A stretch of DNA of 64,000 nucleotides from assembly GCA_002496015.1 (NCBI GenBank), contig DAIF01000006.1, positions 7,403-71,402 of the forward strand, in the 5' to 3' direction. A program made the translations under genes and the position numbers. The notes below the pieces were generated by a model. That model searched no databases. It saw only the letters and a program-made list of their open reading frames with translations, and was not told the DNA's origin. How positions within the stretch are numbered: position 1 is the first letter of the stretch; every line of letters starts with the position of its first letter. This DNA is from Candidatus Pacearchaeota archaeon UBA73 (GTDB lineage: Archaea > Nanobdellota > Nanobdellia > Pacearchaeales > GW2011-AR1). This document shows, piece after piece, positions 53,333 to 62,857 of this stretch.

Positions 53333-53548
53333 ATGACGTGCTCAAATTGGATCTTGACGGTGCTTGCTGTAGTGATTTTTATGTTCACTATGTGGCCAGA
53401 GACGATCGGTCTGACTGCTTCTAAGTGGGTGATAGGTATTGCGGTAATCGCCATCCTGGTCGTCGCTTGGACTGGGGTTAGGTGTTCATATTGTGAGATT
53501 ATGCCTAAGACAGAAGTCAAACAGACGAGACCTAAGAAAATGAGGTAA
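53333..53548 (+). CDS. small two-TM membrane protein
   Basis: RBS AGGAGGTGAATCATG. Two hydrophobic helices and a basic C-terminus. Confidence 0.45.
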   Translation: MTCSNWILTVLAVVIFMFTMWPETIGLTASKWVIGIAVIAILVVAWTGVRCSYCEIMPKTEVKQTRPKKMR

Positions 53549-53590
53549 TCAAAGATTCTTTGTTTTGATTAATTTTATATATTTGTTTTA

Positions 53591-54295
53591 TTGTGGGTTT
53601 TAATGGCAAAACTATCTGCGGGGAGTTATGATTTGAATACTTGGTTGTATGGAGGGTATGAGACAGATATTGTTACAGTGATTTATGGCGGGGCGGGAAG
53701 CGGAAAAACTAATTTTTGTTTACTCGCCGCAGTTTCACAGGCTAAGAAAGGGAAGAAAGTGATTTTTATTGATACTGAAGGAGGTTTCAGTGTGGAGAGA
53801 ATTAAACAAATGGTTGGTGAGAAAGACGGGGTTGAAGCTGTTCTGGAAAGTATTTTTCTTTTGAAGCCGACGAATTTTGAAGAGCAAAAAAAAGCTTTTG
53901 TTGAGTTAAATAAAAGGTTGAGGGATCAGGTGGATTTGATTGTTGTTGATGGGATGACTATTTTATACAGGTTGGATTTTGCTGATGCCAGGGACAAAGG
54001 TGATGGGGCGCTGCAAATGATTAATTCTGAATTAGCAAAGCAAATGAAAACATTGGCGGAAATTGCTAGAAAGAAGGAAATTCCGGTGCTGGTGACGAAT
54101 CAAGTTTATCATTGGGAGGATGAAGACAGGATGGTGGGCGGGGACATTTTGAAATATTGGGGGAAGTGCCTGATTGAGCTTGTGAACGATAAAGGGCGCA
54201 GGACGGCTTATCTGAGAAAGCATCGGTCGCTGCCGGAGAAAAGCTTGGACTTTGTGATTGATAATCGCGGAATTAAGAAACGCGGGTGGATTTAA
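53591..54295 (+). CDS. radB: RadB (archaeal RecA/RadA paralogue)
   Basis: LYGGYETDIVTVIYGGAGSGKTNFCL is the Walker A in RadB context. Walker B LIVVDG. 234 aa. Confidence 0.75.
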   Translation: MWVLMAKLSAGSYDLNTWLYGGYETDIVTVIYGGAGSGKTNFCLLAAVSQAKKGKKVIFIDTEGGFSVERIKQMVGEKDGVEAVLESIFLLKPTNFEEQKKAFVELNKRLRDQVDLIVVDGMTILYRLDFADARDKGDGALQMINSELAKQMKTLAEIARKKEIPVLVTNQVYHWEDEDRMVGGDILKYWGKCLIELVNDKGRRTAYLRKHRSLPEKSLDFVIDNRGIKKRGWI

Positions 54296-54794
54296 CTGTG
54301 TCATATTCTTGATGTTTTTTTATCCATTTTGAGATTTTCTCGTTTGAAGAAGTAAATGTGGTTTCGTCCCAGGTTTTGCCGAACTCTTTGTTGATATGAT
54401 ATGCGGCTTCGCGGCAGAGAATGAAATAACTTTTGTTTGGATTATTATGGTGATGATCAATCGCTTTGTGATAGTCGATGCAGATAAGGCAATTTCCGAG
54501 GGATTTCTTTGTTTTAAAATCGTAGCATTTTGTTTCTTCAATGTTGTATATGCCCTCTCTTTTTCTTAGCTTGTTGAGTTCCAGGGCGCTTATTTCGAAG
54601 AGTACGCCGTTGAAGAAACTGTTTCTTGATTTTTTTAGATTTAATACATCGGGGTTTTTTAACTGGTAATCTCTGACGTTGAATATTCTTTTATAGCCCT
54701 TTACGACGACGGGGTGGAATTGTTTGTTTGAAAATGTTTTCCTTAAGGATTTGTGGCTTAAGAGACTGCCGTAGCCGACAATTGAGAATTTCAT
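54273..54794 (-). CDS. gamma-glutamyl cyclotransferase-like (AIG2/ChaC fold) protein
   Basis: N-terminal IVGYGSLLS matches the GGCT/ChaC YGS motif. The call is moderate. Confidence 0.45.
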   Translation of the reverse strand: MKFSIVGYGSLLSHKSLRKTFSNKQFHPVVVKGYKRIFNVRDYQLKNPDVLNLKKSRNSFFNGVLFEISALELNKLRKREGIYNIEETKCYDFKTKKSLGNCLICIDYHKAIDHHHNNPNKSYFILCREAAYHINKEFGKTWDETTFTSSNEKISKWIKKHQEYDTVKSTRVS

Positions 54795-54835
54795 CTTTAT
54801 TTAATGCGGGAAATGGTTAAATACCTTACTTTCTT

Positions 54836-56572
54836 TTGGGTTTAATGGTAAAGAGGGAAATGCATTATTCTGAATTTGTGGATGTTTATGAGGGACTTTT
54901 TGCGACGACGAAGAGACTGGAGAAGGAAGCGATAATTGCGGAGTTTTTGAAGAAGCTTGCGAGGGAGGGCGAGCCGGATTGGATTTATCTTTTGCGAGGG
55001 AAGGTGACGCCGGATTACGATGATAGGATTCTTGGAATAAGTGAGAAGCTGGCGATGAAATCGATTGGAAAAACTTTTGGGATTAAGGATGAAGAGATTG
55101 CGAAGAGGTATAGGAAGATAGGGGATATTGGAGAGTTGGCTGAAGAGTTTGCTGAGAAGAAAAGGCAGACGAGTTTGTTTTCTAAGAAGTTGAGTGTTGA
55201 CAAGGTTTTTAGCAATTTGAGAAAAGTAATGGGGATTGAGGGCAAGGGAGCTGTGAGCGGGAAGATAGCTTTAATTTCGGAGTTGCTCGGGCAGGCGAGC
55301 GGGAAGGAGGCGAAGTATATTGTTAGAACTTTAGTGGGGCAGTTGAGGGTTGGGGTGGCGGATGCGACTGTGCGGGATGCGATTGCGACGGCGTTGTTTC
55401 CGGATGAGAAATATGAAATGGCTAAGAAAATTGAAATTGCTTATGACATGGCAAATGATTTTGCAGTTATCTTCGATGCAGCGTCGAAGGGGAAGAAAGA
55501 ACTGGATAAAATTGATATTGTTCTTGGCAGACCGATGAATGTTATGCTGCCTGTGAAGGTGACGGAGATTGGGGAAGCATTTAGGATATGCGGGAAACCG
55601 GCGGCGATTGAGCACAAATATGATGGATTTAGGGTTGTGATAAACAAGGTTGGGAATGACGTGAAGCTTTTCACGCGCCGTTTGGAAAATGTTACGAATC
55701 AATTTCCGGATGTTGTTGCTACGGTAAGGAAGTTTATTAAGGTGAAGGACGTGATTTTAGATAGCGAGGTTGTAGGTTATGATCCAAAAACGAAAAGGCA
55801 AAAACCGTTTGAAGCGATTTCGCAGAGGATAAAGAGGAAGTACGATATTGAGAAGCTGGAGAGAGAGCTGCCTGTTGAGGTGAATGTTTTTGATGTGATT
55901 TATTATAATGGGGAGAGCTTGATGCAGAAGCCATTTCATGAACGAAGAAAACTTCTTGAGAAAATTATTCCGCATGAGAAGTGGAAAATTCGCCCTTCGA
56001 TGCAAATCGTTACGGATAAAGAGGAGGTGGCGTTGAAGTTTTATAATGAGGCGTTGAAGTCGGGGGAAGAAGGAATTATGATTAAGAAACTTGATGCTCC
56101 GTACCAGCAAGGTCGTCGCGTGGGTTACATAGTTAAGATGAAGCCGGCGGCGAATGATTTGGATTTGGTGATTACGGGGGCGGAGTATGGGAGCGGAAAG
56201 CGAGGAGGGTTGCTGACTTCGTATATTGTTGCTTGTCGCGATGGGGACAAATATCTCGAAGTAGGTAAAGTTTCTTCAGGGTTGAAAGAATTAGAACAGG
56301 AAGGCGGAACGACTTATGAAGAGATGACTGCCTTGCTGAAGCCGTTGATTGTTTCGGAAAAGGGGAAGGTTGTGAAGGTCAAGCCGAGGATAATTGTTTC
56401 CGTGACGTATCAGAATATTCAAGGTTCGCCTTCTTACGACTCGGGGTATGCGATGAGATTTCCGAGAATTACAGCTTATAGGCCGGACTATCATTTGAAG
56501 GATATTGCGACTTTGGGAGATATTAAAGTGGAAGTTGAGAAGGCGAAGAAGGGGATGAGTCATTTGGGATAA
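54836..56572 (+). CDS. lig: ATP-dependent DNA ligase
   Basis: Adenylation motif I AIEHKYDGFR (KxDG) and N-terminal DNA-binding domain. 578 aa. Confidence 0.85.
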   Translation: MGLMVKREMHYSEFVDVYEGLFATTKRLEKEAIIAEFLKKLAREGEPDWIYLLRGKVTPDYDDRILGISEKLAMKSIGKTFGIKDEEIAKRYRKIGDIGELAEEFAEKKRQTSLFSKKLSVDKVFSNLRKVMGIEGKGAVSGKIALISELLGQASGKEAKYIVRTLVGQLRVGVADATVRDAIATALFPDEKYEMAKKIEIAYDMANDFAVIFDAASKGKKELDKIDIVLGRPMNVMLPVKVTEIGEAFRICGKPAAIEHKYDGFRVVINKVGNDVKLFTRRLENVTNQFPDVVATVRKFIKVKDVILDSEVVGYDPKTKRQKPFEAISQRIKRKYDIEKLERELPVEVNVFDVIYYNGESLMQKPFHERRKLLEKIIPHEKWKIRPSMQIVTDKEEVALKFYNEALKSGEEGIMIKKLDAPYQQGRRVGYIVKMKPAANDLDLVITGAEYGSGKRGGLLTSYIVACRDGDKYLEVGKVSSGLKELEQEGGTTYEEMTALLKPLIVSEKGKVVKVKPRIIVSVTYQNIQGSPSYDSGYAMRFPRITAYRPDYHLKDIATLGDIKVEVEKAKKGMSHLG

Positions 56573-56753
56573 TTGTTTCTTTTTAGTAGTTACTTTGAAA
56601 GGTTTAAATAAGGCCTCTTTCTGGATTTTTTATGACAAATATTGGAATGATTGGTCGGAGGAGCAAGGAAGGCCATATGGAATTTATAACAGCCATTGCA
56701 GATAGTCAAGGAACGGATATAAAGAATGGACTAAGGGAGATGCTCTTTTTAAG

Positions 56754-57749
56754 ATGTATATGATTGGCGGAGACATTTTATTTTTGGGAACGGGTGATGG
56801 GGAAGTCATTGATGGGACAGCGAGGGATTTGCGGAATCAAAAAGGTATTGCTACGATTGAAGAAGCTTCGCAAGCGGCTTTGGACATGACTCATGCGAGG
56901 TATGTTAATGCTACTCGTGGCAAACCGGAGACTCTTCCACGGAAGGGATTTGGGGTTGATTTTTTAATTGGAGGACCGGGTAGGAATGACCTGGGAATAT
57001 TTGAAATCAATACGACTGGTTTTAGAGGGCCCAAAGCACATAACAAGTATGCTGATAGAGGCGCAAATTTGGTAGAACTTCCGAAAGGTAATTGGGGCGG
57101 GAGTTTTAAAGGATCAGCTTGGGGGCATATTAACCGGTATTTAGATGGTCAGTTTGAGTCCGGAAGACCAATCATTATTGAAACTCTCGCCGATGCGCTT
57201 ATTGAAATGCACGATTTAAGTTTGAGGGGAGCAAGAGATATTGGAGTAAACGACCGGTTGCATTATGGGATTATTACTCCGAGCAGAACTGTTAGGTTGG
57301 TTCATCCAAGTGTTTGGGAGGGAGATACTCAAGCACACATAGAGCAGGTCGTTAATTTAACCGGCCTGAATGTTGCGGAGGTTCTGAACGGAATGGATGC
57401 TGATGAGTGCGAGAGGAATTCTGCAGCAATAGATTTGTATTCGGATATTCGTTTATTTACTGGAGGATTTTATTTTGCTCTTGCTTCGGAACTGACAAGT
57501 TCTTCCAATCTTAAGCGTGAGTATACGCGACTTTCTGAGAAATCCCTAAGGGATGAAAGCTATAAACCAAGATTTAAAGAAATCGGGAGACGGAGACTTG
57601 AGTCGCATGCTCGCATACAGGAAGGAGTTGATGTTTTGATTTCCAGAGATCCTCATAAGTTAAGAAGTTTTATAATGGGTGCAGAGGATAGAAGAAGAGA
57701 AACTATAGGCAAATTATTTGAGCGCTATGCTTCGCCGGAGAGCAGTTAA
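56754..57749 (+). CDS. hypothetical protein (331 aa), possibly missing its true N-terminus
   Basis: No motif recognised. A 43-codon ORF (56632..56763, MTNIGMIGRRSKEG...) lies in another frame directly upstream and may be a frameshifted N-terminus. Confidence 0.4.
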   Translation: MYMIGGDILFLGTGDGEVIDGTARDLRNQKGIATIEEASQAALDMTHARYVNATRGKPETLPRKGFGVDFLIGGPGRNDLGIFEINTTGFRGPKAHNKYADRGANLVELPKGNWGGSFKGSAWGHINRYLDGQFESGRPIIIETLADALIEMHDLSLRGARDIGVNDRLHYGIITPSRTVRLVHPSVWEGDTQAHIEQVVNLTGLNVAEVLNGMDADECERNSAAIDLYSDIRLFTGGFYFALASELTSSSNLKREYTRLSEKSLRDESYKPRFKEIGRRRLESHARIQEGVDVLISRDPHKLRSFIMGAEDRRRETIGKLFERYASPESS

Positions 57750-57845
57750 TTTTCTACATCTTTGTTTGATTTTTGAACTGGCTTATCGCGTCTGAAGGGT
57801 GCGTCTTGCTATGGGAAATTATATTGCCAGTTTTTCTTTTGGCAG

Positions 57846-58253
57846 TTATCTTTTAGGTTTTTCGTTCTTAGTAATGGTTTTTAGCAGGCGTATTGCCTGA
57901 TTTGCGAGTCTTGATTCTTCACCTCTGCTTGGGATGCCGATGATTGTAACCTTCTGAATTTTATTAAGCTTTTTCATTAACTTGAGCTGGAAGCCAAGGT
58001 CGAAGTCGTGGAGGGAGTAGTTCGGAGAAGATTGAATTTTGTCCAGGTCTTTTTCTGTAAGGAGTCTGACTTCATTGGTATTGATGATTGTATCGATGAG
58101 GATTAGACGTTCCTGTTCGGGGAGGTTTTCGGTTGGGTCGAGATGCTGAAAAGTAAATCGGGGAAATTCTTTTTGAAGTTTGGGTAATAGTTTTGTCGGA
58201 AAGGAGTCTTGCTCAAACTTCGGGTTGCCGAGGACGTAGATGATTGGTTTCAT
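57846..58253 (-). CDS. hycI: hydrogenase maturation endopeptidase (HycI/FrhD family)
   Basis: YVLGNPKFEQD...LILIDTI...HDFDLGF...KVTIIGI matches the Ni-dependent C-terminal-processing protease family pattern. 135 aa. Confidence 0.6.
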   Translation of the reverse strand: MKPIIYVLGNPKFEQDSFPTKLLPKLQKEFPRFTFQHLDPTENLPEQERLILIDTIINTNEVRLLTEKDLDKIQSSPNYSLHDFDLGFQLKLMKKLNKIQKVTIIGIPSRGEESRLANQAIRLLKTITKNEKPKR

Positions 58254-58433
58254 TTTTTGGGTAAATTTAGAATTTTCTTTGATTCTTTTTCTGTGTAAAA
58301 CTTGCCTTTTTGAGTGTTCTCTCTAGCTTTACTTAAATCTCTAAGGGTTTTTTTACTTAATTTTTCCATTTTATTAATAAGTGTTGTTTAATTATAAAAT
58401 TAGTTATTATTCCAGACTTGAAAGATAGATTTT

Positions 58434-58655
58434 TTATACAATCTTCTTGCCGGTTTCGTCGTAGATTTCAATCGCATGGGCGGGGCAGGATTTGGCGGCT
58501 TTGACTTGTTTGTCTAGTTCTTCGTCAGCGAATTCTTTTTTTAACTGAACGGCTAGGCCCTCGTCATCAAGCTTCCATGTATCCGGAGCGAACTTAACGC
58601 AAGATGCTGCACCGATACATTTGCTTCTGTCATATTTTATTGTATATTTTGCCAT
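58434..58655 (-). CDS. small single-cluster ferredoxin (Fer4_13/15-like)
   Basis: Cys at KCIGAASC and at SCPAHAI. 73 aa. Confidence 0.6.
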   Translation of the reverse strand: MAKYTIKYDRSKCIGAASCVKFAPDTWKLDDEGLAVQLKKEFADEELDKQVKAAKSCPAHAIEIYDETGKKIV

Positions 58656-58659
58656 CTTT

Positions 58660-59232
58660 TTATTTTTGGTCTTCTAGTGAACCGTAATCAGTATAATTCG
58701 GAGAGTTTTTAATTCTTTTGATGATGTTTATCGCGGCGTGGCAGCCGTCGCCGACGTCTTTGGCGATTTGGCGGGTGCGGGTGCAGCAGTTTCCTGCGGC
58801 GTAGACTTTTTCGTGAGAAGTTTGGTTGTCACAGTTAACTTTTATTAACTTGTCTTCTGTCTTGAGGTTTAGCGAATTTGCAAAATCGATTGAGGAGAGC
58901 ATTCCGCAGGCGATGATGATGTAGTCTGAAGTGTGAGACAGACCTCCGCTAAAGAAAACTTCTAATTTGTCTTTTTTCTGGATTATCTTCGTTGCGTTTG
59001 TTTGTATCATCGAGGCGCCGGCTTGCTTTGCTTGTTTTGTTCCGGAGCGGAGCAGCTCGCGTCCGGTTACCCTGTCGGGGAAGCCCAAATAATTCTCGAT
59101 TTCGAACGCTGAGGTTAGCTGAGAAGTTTTTTGATCGCCCAGAACGAGCGTATTCAGGTTGGCGCGGGCGAGATAGATTGCCGCGGAGAGTCCTGCTACT
59201 CCCGAGCCAATGATTATGACATCATAGTGCAT
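58660..59232 (-). CDS. short thioredoxin-reductase-like FAD-binding flavoprotein lacking the NADPH domain
   Basis: MHYDVIIIGSGVAGLSAAIY is the FAD GxGxxG motif, and ENYLGFP and VYAAGNC match the TrxR FAD-domain halves. No inserted NAD(P)H domain, no CxxC. Only 190 aa. Confidence 0.55.
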   Translation of the reverse strand: MHYDVIIIGSGVAGLSAAIYLARANLNTLVLGDQKTSQLTSAFEIENYLGFPDRVTGRELLRSGTKQAKQAGASMIQTNATKIIQKKDKLEVFFSGGLSHTSDYIIIACGMLSSIDFANSLNLKTEDKLIKVNCDNQTSHEKVYAAGNCCTRTRQIAKDVGDGCHAAINIIKRIKNSPNYTDYGSLEDQK

Positions 59233-59325
59233 TTTTAAAAGATGAAATATGGGTTATTAAGGTTTAGGTTAACGGACGTTGTTGTCATGGTTTCTTGACA
59301 TTCTGGCTTTTCAACAAAGCGGAAG

Positions 59326-59608
59326 AGTTCTGTTCTTTCCGAAATGTCTTACTCGCGGTCACGCGCGGATTTGTTGGGAGTAATTTGGATGTTGGAGGCG
59401 GGTAAAAATTGGACTTGCCGCTTTCATAACAATAACAAACTATTTTTGTTCTTAAATTGGACTTGCCGCTTTCGAGAGGTGCAAGTCAAATAATAGGCAA
59501 CTTCGCTTTTTCTTAAATTGGACGCCCTTCTTAGCGACTGGCGTCTTAATAATAGCCGCTCGCTGCGCTCGCTTGTTGCTCGGTGCGTTTTGGTTTTTTC
59601 AGCAGAGC
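59326..59608. repeat. degenerate composite MITE (module-A-like 5' end, subtype-2 core, 3' TIR)
   Basis: GAGTTCTGTTCTTTCCGAAATGTCT at 59326 is a degraded 5' end. The core has AAATTGGACTTGCCGCTTTC twice plus GCAAGTCAAATAATAG. It ends GGTTTTTTCAGCAGAGCC at 59608. An orphan 3'-TIR-like GGCTTTTCAACAAAGC sits at 59305-59320. Confidence 0.45.
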
Positions 59609-59680
59609 CGGTTCGTGACGCGCCCGCTCTTTCGCCTCAATATTCGGAAAATCAACAAACTCCGGACAGAGTTATATTAA

Positions 59681-59878
59681 GGGTTCTGTTGAAAATCTCT
59701 CTTGCGCAGGTTTCAGACTCCCACTTTGGATTTCTCCTATGGAGAAAAACCCGCCCTGTCCGCCACCCCGCCCTTCTGCTCGCAGCCACGCTCGAAATTA
59801 ATCAACCTTTGCACTCGCGTAACGTGCTCGCCCCAAAATTTAGTAAACCTGCTAATTCTGACTTTTTTCAACAGAGTC
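59681..59878. mobile_element. MITE-like element copy 5 (no hairpin module; long module B)
   Basis: GGTTCTGTTGAAAATCTCTCTTGCGCAGGTTTCAGACTCCCACTTTGG at 59681. It ends ...CTGACTTTTTTCAACAGAGTCC at about 59878. Confidence 0.6.
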
Positions 59879-59962
59879 CCGGCTTCAATAAATTTATATA
59901 TATTCCGGACGTGTTTTGGGGGAAGGAGGGAAATGGCATTAAGTCCGTTTTGTTTATAAAAA

Positions 59963-60529
59963 ATGGTGCACTGGCTTGAGGTTGAGACTAAGGTTAAGGT
60001 AGGAGATGTTGAAGGTTTGCGGGAGAAGATAAAGAAGATTGCGGTATTGAATAAGAAAGAAACTCGGGGAGATTATTATTTTGCCTTGCGGAAAGATGAA
60101 TATCCCCGGAAAGCTTTCAGGATAAGGTTTGATGGGAAGAAGTATGTTGTTAATTTTAAAAGGCCCCTGAAGCGGTTTTCTAAAAGTTCGGTTGTTGTTA
60201 AGGAAGAGTATGAATTCGAGCTGAACGATGTGAGACATATCGATAATTTTCTTGCTTTGCTGAAGGAGTTTGGATTTAAGAAATGGGTAAAGAAGAAGAA
60301 ATTAACGGAGAGTTATTCTTATAAAAAAGACGGGAATATTACGATTGAACTCAGCAAGGTGGAGCATCTGGGAAATTATATGGAAATTGAGTGTCTTGTG
60401 GAGCCGCGGAAGCTGAACTCAGCAAGGAAGAAGATTTTTGAGATCCTTAAAATTTTAGGTGTGAATGAAACGGACGTTGATAACACCGGTTACACGAAAG
60501 CTCTCTGGAAAAAAGGATTTAAAATATGA
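59963..60529 (+). CDS. CYTH-domain protein (triphosphate tunnel metalloenzyme, CyaB/ThTPase-like)
   Basis: N-terminal LEVETKVKV (the ExExK motif) and EIECLVE later. Confidence 0.65.
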   Translation: MVHWLEVETKVKVGDVEGLREKIKKIAVLNKKETRGDYYFALRKDEYPRKAFRIRFDGKKYVVNFKRPLKRFSKSSVVVKEEYEFELNDVRHIDNFLALLKEFGFKKWVKKKKLTESYSYKKDGNITIELSKVEHLGNYMEIECLVEPRKLNSARKKIFEILKILGVNETDVDNTGYTKALWKKGFKI

Positions 60530-62430
60530 AACAAGATTTTTCGAGAAAGGTTTATTGGCCCAGTAAAAAAGTTAGCCGGGAAGCATGGGTTAATCGGGAG
60601 TCTGTTTATGTGGCGGCTGAGAGGAATCCTCTGAAGTTTTGGGAAGGGCAAGCCGAGAATCTTGCGTGGTTTAAGAAATGGAGAAAAGTTTTTGTGCAAG
60701 GACCGAACGGATTTAAGTGGTTTGTCGGGGGGAAGCTGAATATGAGTTATAATTGTCTTGAGAGGAATATTTCCGCGGGCTTGGGGAATAAGGTCGCCTT
60801 AAGGTGGATTCCTGAACCGAAAAATGAAAAAATTGTTGAACTTAGTTATCGTGAGCTTTTGGAGAAGACTAATCGGTTTGCGAACGCTTTGAGAAGGTTG
60901 GGCGTGAAGAAAGGAGATGTGGTCGGAATATATTTACCGATGATTCCGGAGGCCGTGATTTCGATGCTTGCTTGTGCCCGTATAGGGGCGGTGCATATTG
61001 TGATATTTTCTGCATTTGCTTCAGATGGTTTGAATCAACGGCTGAAGGTAACTCGCGCAAAGGTATTGATAACTTCAGATGGATATTACAGAAAGGGCAG
61101 TAAGATTGATTTAATTGAGAAAGTTTCTGCGGGAATTGAAGGAACTAATATCAAGAAGGTCATTTGTGTCGGGCGGCAGGGGTTCGGGAGAAATAGACGC
61201 GGCTGGATATCATTTGAGGGATTGTTAAAGAATGAAAGTGATATGTGCGAGGTTGAAGAAATGGATTCTGAGGATTTGTTTTTTATTTTGCCGGAGAGCG
61301 GGACCGGTGGGGAGTTTATCCCGATAATGCACACGTGCGGCGGATATGCTGTTCAAGCGCTTACGAGCGGGAGGTTTGTTTTTGATTTTCATGAAGGTGA
61401 TGTTTATTGGTGTACCGGCGATATCGGGTGGATAACTGGGCACACTTACGGAGTTTATTCTCCTCTTTTGAATGGGGTTACTTCTGTTTTTTATGAGGGT
61501 GCCTTGAATTATCCGAATAAGGAAAGATGGGCCGAAATAATCGAGGAAAACCATGTTAATATTTTTTATACTTCTCCGACGGCGGTGAGAATGTTTGAGC
61601 AGGAAGCCGGCAGGAAAATTGATTCATTTTTGTTTAAGAATCTGAAAGTTATTGCGACTGTTGGTGAGCCGATTGATGAATATGCCTGGAAGTGGTTTTT
61701 CGAAAAAATCGGGAAGAAGAAGGCGAGTGTTTTGGATACTTACTGGCAGACGGAGACCGGCGGGGTTGTGATTAGCTCGCTGCCAGGGGTTGGACCATTC
61801 AGACCGACGTTTGCCGGGAGAGTTTTTCCGGGCGTGAAAGTTGGAATTTTGAATGAACGCGGGGGAAGGACTAAATTGAATGAGACCGGAAAGCTTGTGA
61901 TGTTTTCTCCTTTTTGTCCGGGAATGATGAGAGGGGTTTACAGAGATGAGAAAAGATATCGACGGTATTTCGCTAAGGGAATGAAGGTTTATTCGCTGGA
62001 TGATCTGGCGTTTAAATGTCCTGATGGGATGATTAAAATTGTTGGAAGGGCTGATGATTTGATTAAGATCTCAGGGCACAGAATGTCGACTGTGGAAATT
62101 GAAAATGCTGTGAGCTCTCTGTCTGGGATTGAGGAGTGTGCGATTGTTGGCAGGAGCGATACATTGAAGGGAACGGTGCCAGTGGTTTTTGTTAAGGCGA
62201 AATCAGGAATCACGGAAGAGCAGATTGTCCGACGGATTGTGGAGAAGGTCGGTCCGATTGCGAAACCGAGCAGGGTTTATTTCGTGGAGGATCTGCCTAA
62301 GACGAAGAGCGGGAAGATTGTGCGGGGGATTTTGAGGAAGTTGGTGGAGGGGGAGGAGGCAGTGGACGTGGATGTATTGAGTAATCCGGAGAGTTTGGCA
62401 GGGATTAGGAAATTGATTAAAGAAGATTAG
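60526..62430 (+). CDS. acs: acetyl-CoA synthetase (AMP-forming)
   Basis: AMP-binding signature (TSGTTG-like region YTSPTAVR, GEPI, YWQTETGG). 634 aa, typical Acs. Confidence 0.8.
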   Translation: MKQDFSRKVYWPSKKVSREAWVNRESVYVAAERNPLKFWEGQAENLAWFKKWRKVFVQGPNGFKWFVGGKLNMSYNCLERNISAGLGNKVALRWIPEPKNEKIVELSYRELLEKTNRFANALRRLGVKKGDVVGIYLPMIPEAVISMLACARIGAVHIVIFSAFASDGLNQRLKVTRAKVLITSDGYYRKGSKIDLIEKVSAGIEGTNIKKVICVGRQGFGRNRRGWISFEGLLKNESDMCEVEEMDSEDLFFILPESGTGGEFIPIMHTCGGYAVQALTSGRFVFDFHEGDVYWCTGDIGWITGHTYGVYSPLLNGVTSVFYEGALNYPNKERWAEIIEENHVNIFYTSPTAVRMFEQEAGRKIDSFLFKNLKVIATVGEPIDEYAWKWFFEKIGKKKASVLDTYWQTETGGVVISSLPGVGPFRPTFAGRVFPGVKVGILNERGGRTKLNETGKLVMFSPFCPGMMRGVYRDEKRYRRYFAKGMKVYSLDDLAFKCPDGMIKIVGRADDLIKISGHRMSTVEIENAVSSLSGIEECAIVGRSDTLKGTVPVVFVKAKSGITEEQIVRRIVEKVGPIAKPSRVYFVEDLPKTKSGKIVRGILRKLVEGEEAVDVDVLSNPESLAGIRKLIKED

Positions 62431-62771
62431 CAAATTTCCCGACAATTCCATTGGCCTGTTTGTTGGGCGTTGAAAATTGCCTTGCAGTCAGGGGTTGTGG
62501 TGACGACCTTACAGGAAAAGGTTGTGCCGTCGCGATGATGATAGATTGTGCCGTCGCTTGATAAAGAGGTTTTAACTTCTATTACTTGATTGTTACAGAT
62601 TGAGACGGATTCTACGTTTGTCTGGTCGCAAAATTCCAGTGCCCTGTTTTCTAATGTAAGTTTCCGTGAATTTGATGAGGTTTGGATGTAAAGGATTAGT
62701 AGGACGATGATAGCAAGAATGAGGATGATTATTGTGATAATTGAACGAATGAATTTGTTTCTTTCTTTCAT
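62427..62771 (-). CDS. membrane-anchored small Cys-containing protein
   Basis: N-terminal TM (IITIIILILAIIVLLILYI) and 6 Cys in the exported part. Confidence 0.4.
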   Translation of the reverse strand: MKERNKFIRSIITIIILILAIIVLLILYIQTSSNSRKLTLENRALEFCDQTNVESVSICNNQVIEVKTSLSSDGTIYHHRDGTTFSCKVVTTTPDCKAIFNAQQTGQWNCREIC

Positions 62772-62857
62772 TTTATTGAAAATGGAAAGATGTTTATAAG
62801 ATTATTGTTCTATTTTGTGAGCGCAAACTATAAATTGACAGTTTGTGATGTTAAATT

